A stretch of DNA of 64,000 bases from assembly GCA_004297005.1 (NCBI GenBank), contig SCVA01000020.1:12789-76788 (forward strand), given 5' to 3'. The notes beneath the pieces are model-generated. The model did not search any database, was not told where the DNA came from, and worked only from the letters and a program-made list of their open reading frames with translations. Shown here piece after piece: positions 57,171-64,000 of this stretch. Both the position numbers and the translations under genes were made by a program. Origin of the DNA: Nevskiaceae bacterium (GTDB taxonomy: Bacteria; Pseudomonadota; Gammaproteobacteria; Nevskiales; Nevskiaceae). How positions within the stretch are numbered: the first letter of the stretch is position 1; every line of letters starts with the position of its first letter.

Positions 57171-58748
57171 ATGAATCGCAGAGGCTTCCTGAAGTCCGCC
57201 GCCGCCCTTGCCGCCTACGGCATCCCGCTCGCCGCCCTGCTGGAGGCGCTGCCGGCCGAGGCCGCCACCGCCAAGGCACAGGCTTTCGACTACGCCTGGC
57301 TCAAGGGCCATGCCCGGCACCTGTCGGAATCGCCCTACGTCTCGCATCAGGGCGAGCTGCCGAAGTCGCTCAAGGACATCACCTGGGACGACTACCAGCG
57401 CCTGCAGTTCAAGGCCGAGCACTCGCTCTGGCGCACGCCGGACAGTCCCTTCCAGGCGCGGCTGTTCCATCTGGGCCTGTACTTCCAGACCCCGGTGCAT
57501 CTGTTCGAGGTGGTGGACGGCCAGGCGCGCGAGATCGCCTACAAGCCGGAGTACTTCAAGTACGACGGCAAGGCCAAGCTCGGCAAGCTGCCGGAAGACT
57601 TGGGCTACGCCGGCTTCCGCATCCAAGTGCCGCCCAAGTTCGAACTGGATGTCGCCGCCTTTCTCGGCGCCAGCTATTTCCGCGCGGTGGGCAAGGACAA
57701 GCAATACGGCCTGTCGGCGCGCGGTCTAGCCATCGACACCGGGCTGCCGCGTCCGGAGGAGTTCCCGATCTTCAGCGCCTACTGGCTGGAGCGCCCGAAG
57801 AAGGGCGACCAGCATCTCACCGTCTACGCCCTGCTCGACTCGCCGAGCACCACCGGCGCCTACCGCTTCCTGCTCACTCCCGGCGACAGCCTGGTGATGG
57901 AGATCGACGCCGCGCTGTACCCGCGCAAGACCATCGAGCGCCTCGGCATCGCGCCGCTGACCAGCATGTACCAGTACGGCGAAAACGATAAGCGCATGGC
58001 CTGGGACTGGCGTCCGGAGATTCACGATACCGACGGCCTGGCCATGCTCACCGGCGCCGGCGAATGGCTGTGGCGCCCTCTGGTCAACCCCACCGGTGTG
58101 CGGGTGAACAGCTACTTCGACAACAACCCGCGCGGCTTCGGCCTGTTGCAGCGCGACCGCAACTTCGACCACTACCAGGACGACGGCGTGTTCTACGAGA
58201 AGCGCCCCAGCCTCTGGGTGGAGCCCAAGGGCGACTGGGGTCTGGGCGCGGTGCAACTGGTGGAGATTCCCACCGTCGACGAGACCTTCGACAACATCGT
58301 TGCCTTCTGGAACCCGAAGGAGCCGGTGCAGCCGGGTCAGGAATATCTGCTGTCCTACAAGCTGCACTGGGGCGCGGTGCCGCCGGCGACGCCGCCGCTG
58401 GCTACCGTGCAGGACACTCGCACCGGCCTGGGCGGCGTGATCGGCCAGAAGCGCACCCGGTTCTCCTGGCGCTTCGCCATCGACTTCGCCGGCGGCAAGC
58501 TGGCGGAGCTGGACCCCAAGGCGCCGGTCGAGGCGGTGATCGAGGCCTCGCGCGGCAAGGTGGAGATCACCTCGGCCCGCCCCCTGCATTCGCTCAAGGG
58601 CTACCGCGCGATGTTCGATCTGGTGCCCGACGACAGCCTGGAGCCGATCAACATCCGGCTGTATCTGAAGAGCGGCAAGGAAACTCTGAGCGAGACCTGG
58701 CTGTACCAGTACACGCCGCCGCCGGCAGGCGAGCGCAAGCTGTACTGA
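57171..58748 (+). CDS. opgD: periplasmic glucan biosynthesis protein, Tat-exported (OpgD/MdoD type)
   Basis: Twin-arginine signal MNRRGFLKSAAALAA. MdoG-family core (FRIQVPP...ASYFRAVG...GLSARGLAIDT...EEFP.F..YWLERP). Confidence 0.85.
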   Translation: MNRRGFLKSAAALAAYGIPLAALLEALPAEAATAKAQAFDYAWLKGHARHLSESPYVSHQGELPKSLKDITWDDYQRLQFKAEHSLWRTPDSPFQARLFHLGLYFQTPVHLFEVVDGQAREIAYKPEYFKYDGKAKLGKLPEDLGYAGFRIQVPPKFELDVAAFLGASYFRAVGKDKQYGLSARGLAIDTGLPRPEEFPIFSAYWLERPKKGDQHLTVYALLDSPSTTGAYRFLLTPGDSLVMEIDAALYPRKTIERLGIAPLTSMYQYGENDKRMAWDWRPEIHDTDGLAMLTGAGEWLWRPLVNPTGVRVNSYFDNNPRGFGLLQRDRNFDHYQDDGVFYEKRPSLWVEPKGDWGLGAVQLVEIPTVDETFDNIVAFWNPKEPVQPGQEYLLSYKLHWGAVPPATPPLATVQDTRTGLGGVIGQKRTRFSWRFAIDFAGGKLAELDPKAPVEAVIEASRGKVEITSARPLHSLKGYRAMFDLVPDDSLEPINIRLYLKSGKETLSETWLYQYTPPPAGERKLY

Positions 58749-58757
58749 GCCGCCGAC

Positions 58758-58791
58758 AGCACGAAGCCCCGGTTTCCCGGGGCTTCGTGCT
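58758..58791. terminator. strong GC hairpin between convergent opgD and SDR genes (no flanking U-tract)
   Basis: AGCACGAAGCCCCGG / TTTC / CCGGGGCTTCGTGCT: a perfect 15-bp stem. Confidence 0.5.
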
Positions 58792-58814
58792 ACTACCGCC
58801 GGATTTGCGGCGGT

Positions 58815-59681
58815 TCAGTTGCCCTGCACCGCTTTCGGCTTCGTCGCCCGATGGAAGCCGTCGTAGGGCTCATTGCCCTTGCCCTGCAGCGGGAACAGCT
58901 TGGTGTTGAGGCTGGCGCCGCCGTCGATCTTGAGGGTGTGGCCGGTGACGAAGCTGGCGCCATCCGAGAGCAGGAAGACGATGGCGGCGCTGATCTCGGC
59001 CTCTTCGGCCATGCGCCGCAGCGGGATGGTGCTGGCCATCTGCGGAATCACCTGGGCGGTGAAGGCCGGGTCGTACTGATCCATGCCGGAGCTGGCGACA
59101 AAGCCCGGCGCCACCGCGTTGACCCGCACGCCGACGCTGGCCCATTCGGTAGCCATGGTCTCGGTGAGGTTCATCATGCCGGCCCGCGCCGCGCCCGAGT
59201 GCGCCATACCGGGCATGCCACCCCACATGTCGGCGAGCATGTTGACGATGGCGCCGCCGTGCTTCTTGAAGTGCAGGTTGTACAGCTCGCGGGCGACCAG
59301 GAAGCCGCCGGTGAGATTGTTGGCGACCACCGCCTCGAAGCCCTTCTTGGAGATCAGCGCCACCGGCATCGGGAACTGCCCGCCGGCGTTGTTGACCAGG
59401 CCGTGGACGGCGCCGTGCTCGGCGAGCATCTGCTTGAGCGCGGTCTTCACCGCCTCCTCGTCGCGGATGTCGAAGGCATAGCCGGCGGCCTGGCCCCCGT
59501 CCTCGATGATTTCGGCGACGGTCTTGTCGAGCTTTTCGGGTTTGCGGCCGGTGATCAGCACCTTGGCGCCGAGGCTGGCCAGCTCGTGCGCGGTGCAGCG
59601 GCCGATGCCGGAGCCACCGCCGGTAACGATATAGGTGCGTCCGGCAAAGGCCTCGCGCGCGAACACGGAACGGTAAGCCAT
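58815..59681 (-). CDS. short-chain dehydrogenase/reductase (enoyl/dienoyl-CoA-reductase-like SDR)
   Basis: TGGGSGIG cofactor motif, NNAG, Ser..Y/K region. ATG at 59681 is preceded by GGAGGA and preferred over 59705. Confidence 0.8.
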   Translation of the reverse strand: MAYRSVFAREAFAGRTYIVTGGGSGIGRCTAHELASLGAKVLITGRKPEKLDKTVAEIIEDGGQAAGYAFDIRDEEAVKTALKQMLAEHGAVHGLVNNAGGQFPMPVALISKKGFEAVVANNLTGGFLVARELYNLHFKKHGGAIVNMLADMWGGMPGMAHSGAARAGMMNLTETMATEWASVGVRVNAVAPGFVASSGMDQYDPAFTAQVIPQMASTIPLRRMAEEAEISAAIVFLLSDGASFVTGHTLKIDGGASLNTKLFPLQGKGNEPYDGFHRATKPKAVQGN

Positions 59682-59700
59682 CTTTTCATCCTCCAGATAC

Positions 59701-59728
59701 GACAAAGGCCGGTCACCCGGCCTTTGTC
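59701..59728 (-). terminator. hairpin downstream of etfA (terminator/attenuator before the SDR gene)
   Basis: GACAAAGGCCGG / TCAC / CCGGCCTTTGTC: a perfect 12-bp stem with no clear U-tract. Confidence 0.45.
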
Positions 59729-59749
59729 AGTTTCAGCGTGCAGCGCGCA

Positions 59750-60682
59750 TTACATCTTCGCGGTCAGCTCCGGCACCACGGTGAACAGATCGCCGACCAG
59801 GCCGATGTCGGCCACTTCGAAGATCGGCGCTTCCGCGTCCTTGTTGATGGCGACGATGGTGCGGGCGTCCTTGATGCCGGCGAGGTGCTGGATCGCGCCC
59901 GAGATGCCGATGGCGAAGTACAGCTCCGGCGCGATGATCTTGCCGGTCTGGCCGACCTGCATGTCGTTCGGCACGTAGCCGGAGTCGACCGCCGCGCGGC
60001 TGGCGCCGACGCCGGCGCCGATCTTGTCGGCGAAGTCGAAGATCACCTTGAAGTTCTCCGACGAACCCAGGGCGCGGCCACCGGAGACCACCTTGTTGGC
60101 GGACTGCAGGTCGGGGCGCGCGGACTTCTGCGCTTCCAGCTTCACGTAGCGGGTGTGGGCAGCGGCGGTGACGCCCACCGAAACCTTCTCGACCGCGGCG
60201 CTGCCGCTGGCGGCAACGGCGGTGAAGGAAGCCAGGCGCACGGTGATGACAATGGTGCCGGCCGGCGCTTCGACGGTGGTGATGGCATTGCCGGCGTAGA
60301 CCGGGCGGTCGAAGGAGCTGCCGGAGTGCACCGCCATCACGTCGCTGATCTGCGGCACGCCGAGCTTGGCGGCGACGCGCGGGGCGACATCCTTGCCGAA
60401 GGTGGTGCCCGGGAACAGCACATGGCTGTAGCCGGCGGCGACTTCGACGATGGCCGGCGCGAGGTTGGCGGCGACCGGGTTGGCAAGCGCGGCGCTATCG
60501 GCGACCAGCACCTTGGCCACACCATCCAGCTTGGCGGCTTCGGCAGCGACGGCGGCGCCGTCGGCAGCCAGCACCAGCACGGTGACTTCGCCGCCGATCT
60601 TGCTGGCGGCGGCCAGCACCTTGGCGACGCCGGCATTCAGCTTGCCGTCGGCGTGTTCCGCAATGACGAGAATCTTGGACAT
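59750..60682 (-). CDS. etfA: electron transfer flavoprotein alpha subunit
   Basis: 310 aa. [10 protein letters not shown].., C-terminal FAD motif [37 protein letters not shown]. Confidence 0.93.
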   Translation of the reverse strand: MSKILVIAEHADGKLNAGVAKVLAAASKIGGEVTVLVLAADGAAVAAEAAKLDGVAKVLVADSAALANPVAANLAPAIVEVAAGYSHVLFPGTTFGKDVAPRVAAKLGVPQISDVMAVHSGSSFDRPVYAGNAITTVEAPAGTIVITVRLASFTAVAASGSAAVEKVSVGVTAAAHTRYVKLEAQKSARPDLQSANKVVSGGRALGSSENFKVIFDFADKIGAGVGASRAAVDSGYVPNDMQVGQTGKIIAPELYFAIGISGAIQHLAGIKDARTIVAINKDAEAPIFEVADIGLVGDLFTVVPELTAKM

Positions 60683-60773
60683 GAGTTACTCCGTGAAGGG
60701 TGAGTCGTGAGGGGCGAGGCGCTGGAGGGGCTTTAAGCCTCACTCCTCACGCCTTTCGCCTCGCGACAGAGAT

Positions 60774-61520
60774 TTAGGCCAGGCCCTTGGCCTTGAGCGC
60801 GGCGATCAGGTCGTCGACGGTCTTCACCACTACGCCCTTGCTGCGGGTCGGCGGCGGCGCGGTCTTGACGGTCTTGACGGCGGCAGCGGCGGTCACGCCC
60901 AGGTCGGCCAGGGTGGTGGCCTCGATGGGGATGCGCTTGGCCTTCATGATGTCCGGCAGCTTCAGGTAGCGCGGCTCGTTCAGACGCAGGTCGGCGGTGA
61001 TGACGGCCGGCAGGTCGATTTCCAGGGTTTCCAGGCCGGCGTCCACTTCGCGGACCACGGTGGCCTTGTTGCCGTCGACGTCCACCTTGCCGGCGAAGGT
61101 CGCCTGGGCGATGTCGAGCAGGGCGGCGACCATCTGGCCGGTCTGGTTGGCGTCGTCGTCGATCGCCTGCTTGCCGGCGATCAGCAGCGAGGCGCCTTCC
61201 TTCTTGAACACCGCGGCCAAGGCGCGGGCGGCGGTCAGCGGCTGCACCTCGCCTTCGTCCTTGATGTGGATCGCCTTGGTGGCGCCGAAGGCCAGCGCGG
61301 TGCGCAGGGTCTCTTCGTTCTTCGCACCGCCGATGGTGACGGCGATGATCTCGGTGATCTTGCCCTTCTCCTTCAGACGCACCGCCTCTTCCATGGCGAT
61401 TTCGTCAAAGGGATTCATGCTCATCTTGACGCCGTCGGTGACGACGCCGGAGCCGTCCGGCTTGACCTGGATGCGGACGTTGTAGTCCACCACGCGCTTG
61501 ACGCTGACGATTGCTTTCAT
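60774..61520 (-). CDS. etfB: electron transfer flavoprotein beta subunit
   Basis: 248 aa. MKAIVSVKRVVDYNVRIQVK...MSMNPFDEIAMEEAVRLKE. Confidence 0.93.
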   Translation of the reverse strand: MKAIVSVKRVVDYNVRIQVKPDGSGVVTDGVKMSMNPFDEIAMEEAVRLKEKGKITEIIAVTIGGAKNEETLRTALAFGATKAIHIKDEGEVQPLTAARALAAVFKKEGASLLIAGKQAIDDDANQTGQMVAALLDIAQATFAGKVDVDGNKATVVREVDAGLETLEIDLPAVITADLRLNEPRYLKLPDIMKAKRIPIEATTLADLGVTAAAAVKTVKTAPPPTRSKGVVVKTVDDLIAALKAKGLA

Positions 61521-61529
61521 GCGGTCTCT

Positions 61530-61804
61530 CTAGGGTGTGTTGACAGTTACTTTGTCGCTGCGGCGGAAGGCGGTTTTGGGGCAGTGCAAGGAAGTTAGAG
61601 AGGGGAATAGTGGTTCTATTTCCCTCTCTAGCTGACGCCGCAATGCCCCAAAACCGTCCCGCCCCGAAGGGTTGCTGGCCAAAACCGCGTCATGCTGCGT
61701 TGCCAGCCTAGCGAAGGCGGCCAGCCTTCGCGTCGGCAGGCGCCTTGCCTGACGCGATTTTGACCGGCAACGCAGCGACAAAGTAACTGGCAACACACCC
61801 TCGG
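61530..61804. repeat. ~270-bp nested-palindromic intergenic element, copy 2 (opposite orientation to copy 1)
   Basis: 31-nt terminal inverted repeat (61532-61562 vs 61771-61801, 1 mismatch). Blocks 61555-61594, 61631-61667 and 61721-61755 are exact reverse complements of 5049-5088, 4977-5013 and 4889-4923. Confidence 0.85.
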
Positions 61805-61813
61805 TTCAAAACG

Positions 61814-61879
61814 AAAAAAAGCGGGGTATTGTGCGATGCGGCAAGGCGGGCGGGATTGGCCGTAGCGACGCAACCCCGC
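61814..61879 (-). terminator. possible terminator of the ETF-QO gene
   Basis: On the minus strand, GCGGGGT...ACCCCGC (long loop) followed by T7 (A-run at 61814-61820 on the plus strand). Confidence 0.35.
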
Positions 61880-61890
61880 CTACCGGCGCC

Positions 61891-63540
61891 TTACATCGCC
61901 GCGTAATTCGGGCCGCCGGAACCTTCCGGGGCCACCCAGTTGATGTTCTGGGCCGGATCCTTGATGTCGCAGGTCTTGCAGTGCACGCAGTTCTGGGCAT
62001 TGATCTGGAAGCGCTTGGCCTCGCCCTCGCCCACCACTTCGTAGACCCCGGCCGGGCAGTAGCGCTGCGCCGGCTCGTCGTACATCGGCAGGTTCTTCGC
62101 GAGCGGAATGCTCGGATCCTTGAGCTGCAGATGGCAGGGCTGCTCCTCCTCGTGATTGGTCGAGGACAGGAACACCGAGGACAGCTTGTCGAAGCTGAGC
62201 TTGCCGTCCGGCTTCGGGTAGACCGGCTTCACGCAATCCTTGGCCAGCTTGAGGGTGGCGTAGTCCGGGATGCGGTCGTGGACGGTGAACGGGAACTTGC
62301 CACCGAACCAGTTCTGCTCGATGTAGTTGATGCCGCCACCCACCAGGGCGCCGAACTTGTGCAGGAAGGGCCCGAAGTTGCGGCTGCGGTACAGCTCATC
62401 GTAGAGCCAGCTCGCCTTGAACTTGTCGGTGTAGTTGTCCAGCACGTCGGCCTCGCGGCCGGCGGCCAGGGCCTCGGCGGCGGCTTCGGCGGCCAGCATG
62501 CCGCTCTTCATCGCGGTGTGGCTGCCCTTGATCTTGGCGAAGTTCATGGTGCCGAGGTCGCAGCCGATCAGCACGCCGCCCTGGAAGGCCATCTTCGGCA
62601 GCGAGTTGAAGCCACCCTTGCTGATCGCGCGGGCACCGTAGGCGACGCGGGTGCCGCCCTGCAGGTACTGCTTGATCACCGGGTGCTGCTTGTAGCGCTG
62701 GAACTCGTCGAAGGGCGAGAGGTGCGGATTGCTGTAGGAGAGGTCGACGATCAGGCCGACCACCACCTGGTTGTCTTCCAGGTGATACAGGAAGGAGCCA
62801 CCCAGGCTCTCGGTGCCGCCCACCGACAGCGGCCAGCCGGCGCTGTGCACCACCAGACCCGGCTTGTGCTGACCGGCGGGGACCGTCCACTGCTCCTTGA
62901 TGCCGATGGCGTAGTGCTGCGGATCGGCGTCCTTGTCCAGCTCGTACTTGGCGAGCAGGCGCTTGGCCAGGTGGCCGCGGCAGCCTTCGGCGAACAGGGT
63001 GTACTTGGCGCGCAGCTCCATGCCCGGCGCGAAGTCGGGCTTGTGGTGGCCTTCGCGGTCCACGCCCAGGTCACCGACCTGGATGCCGCGGACGATGCCC
63101 TGCTCGTCGATCAGCACTTCCTGCGCGGCGAAACCGGGGTAGATCTCCACGCCCAGTTCCTGGGCCTGGTCGCCCAGCCAGCGCACCAGCTTGCCCAGCG
63201 AGATGATGTAGTTGCCCTCGTTGTGCATCGGCTTGGGCACGAACAGGCCGGGCATCTTGAAGGCTTTTTCCTCGGAGAGGAGGAAGTAGATGTCGTCGCC
63301 GGCCACCGGGGTCTTGAGCGGCGCGCCCTTGGCCTTCCAGTCCGGGATCAGCTCGTTGAGCGAGCGCGGCTCGAACACCGCGCCGGAGAGGATGTGGGCA
63401 CCGACTTCAGAGCCCTTCTCCACCAGACAGACCGAGAGGTCGGGGTTGATCTGCTTGAGGCGGATGGCGGCGGAAAGGCCCGCGGGGCCCGCGCCGACGA
63501 TCAGCACGTCGTACTCCATCACGTCGCGTTCGATGCTCAT
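61891..63540 (-). CDS. electron transfer flavoprotein-ubiquinone oxidoreductase (ETF-QO)
   Basis: 549 aa. YDVLIVGAGPAGLSAAIRL FAD fold. C-terminal 4Fe-4S ferredoxin-like CPAGVYE....NCVHCKTCDIKDP. Confidence 0.92.
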   Translation of the reverse strand: MSIERDVMEYDVLIVGAGPAGLSAAIRLKQINPDLSVCLVEKGSEVGAHILSGAVFEPRSLNELIPDWKAKGAPLKTPVAGDDIYFLLSEEKAFKMPGLFVPKPMHNEGNYIISLGKLVRWLGDQAQELGVEIYPGFAAQEVLIDEQGIVRGIQVGDLGVDREGHHKPDFAPGMELRAKYTLFAEGCRGHLAKRLLAKYELDKDADPQHYAIGIKEQWTVPAGQHKPGLVVHSAGWPLSVGGTESLGGSFLYHLEDNQVVVGLIVDLSYSNPHLSPFDEFQRYKQHPVIKQYLQGGTRVAYGARAISKGGFNSLPKMAFQGGVLIGCDLGTMNFAKIKGSHTAMKSGMLAAEAAAEALAAGREADVLDNYTDKFKASWLYDELYRSRNFGPFLHKFGALVGGGINYIEQNWFGGKFPFTVHDRIPDYATLKLAKDCVKPVYPKPDGKLSFDKLSSVFLSSTNHEEEQPCHLQLKDPSIPLAKNLPMYDEPAQRYCPAGVYEVVGEGEAKRFQINAQNCVHCKTCDIKDPAQNINWVAPEGSGGPNYAAM

Positions 63541-63654
63541 CTGGGTGCTACCTGGATCGAAAAGGAACTGTTTAGGCGCCGCTGCGGGCAGCCAAGCCGG
63601 TCGATTTTACGTGCTTTACCCCCCCGAAGCGACGGCCCCGGGGCGGTAGCGGCC

Positions 63655-64000
63655 TCAATCGGGGCGGTTGGTGTGGGTCCGGCGGGCCTCGCTGATGTCG
63701 CGCACGGCCCGCTCGCGCAGCTTGCCCAGATCGGTGGGACCGCTCACCGAGACATCCAGGTGGCGAACCAGACCATCGCCCAGACCGTAGATCCAGCCGT
63801 GGACGGTCAGTGGCTGACCGCGCGCCCAGGCGTCCTGGACGGTCAGGGAGGAACAGACATTCAGCGCCTGCTCCAGCACGTTCAGTTCGCACAAAAGGCT
63901 GAAGCGGCAGGCCTCGTCCGGCTCCAGGTCGATCAGGGGCTGGTGGCGGCAGGCTACATCGCGGACATGCCCCAGCCAATGGTCGGCGACGCCGTTCACC
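63655..64000 (-). CDS. can: beta-class carbonic anhydrase, 3' portion (gene continues past window end)
   Basis: WLGHVRDV...LCELNVLEQALNVCSSLTVQDAWARGQPLTVHGWIYGLGDGLVRHLDV parallels E. coli Can ([56 protein letters not shown]). Confidence 0.8.
   Translation of the reverse strand, partial: VNGVADHWLGHVRDVACRHQPLIDLEPDEACRFSLLCELNVLEQALNVCSSLTVQDAWARGQPLTVHGWIYGLGDGLVRHLDVSVSGPTDLGKLRERAVRDISEARRTHTNRPD

Noticed and set aside
59682-59705. Upstream ATG at 59705 for the SDR gene (MSYLEDEK...).
   Set aside because: It lies inside the etfA-distal hairpin (59701-59728) and has no Shine-Dalgarno sequence. The ATG at 59681 is preceded by GGAGGA at the ideal distance.

Overview
High-GC (roughly two-thirds G+C by eye) proteobacterial chromosome segment, densely coding. 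I found about 50 genes and no rRNA, tRNA, CRISPR array, transposase, integrase or recognisable defence gene.

Gene content, left to right:
- ybaL-like antiporter 5' end and parE.
- A complete glycogen locus: glgP, then convergent malQ-glgX-glgB-glgC, then divergent glgA.
- xseB-ispA-dxs.
- A secreted lysyl-oxidase-like protein with a GlyGly-CTERM tail.
- An acyl-CoA synthetase and an acyl-CoA dehydrogenase.
- A lower-GC Ig-like (Big_2-type) lipoprotein, divergent from an OmpA protein with thrombospondin type 3 repeats.
- A SnoaL / GNAT / C-N hydrolase / dienelactone hydrolase group.
- An atuCDEF-ordered acyl-CoA carboxylase cluster.
- desT with two tandem oxidoreductase+desaturase (desCB-like) pairs.
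- A 15.2-kb, 13-gene same-strand array, followed by an AraC regulator.
- opgD, an SDR, etfBA, ETF-QO and the 3' end of a beta-carbonic anhydrase.

The 13-gene array runs OprP-type porin, 2-aminoethylphosphonate (2-AEP)-type ABC importer, PhnX, FAD oxidoreductase, HD (PhnZ-like) protein, a small lipoprotein, two Tat phospholipases C, a HAD hydrolase and EutBC.

Most interesting observations:
1. The tightly coupled porin-to-eutC array looks like one phospholipid/phosphonolipid head-group scavenging module. It contains two unassigned members (the small lipoprotein and a PhnY-less HD protein).
2. Two copies of a ~270-bp nested-palindromic intergenic element share identical core blocks. Their termini and central hairpins differ between copies but remain self-complementary. 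One copy sits exactly between two convergent stop codons.
3. A bacterial lysyl-oxidase-like protein carries a rhombosortase-type sorting signal.

All functional calls rest on motifs and family resemblance recognised by eye in the supplied translations; no database search was possible. Most long ORFs opposite the called genes are high-GC shadow ORFs and were rejected.
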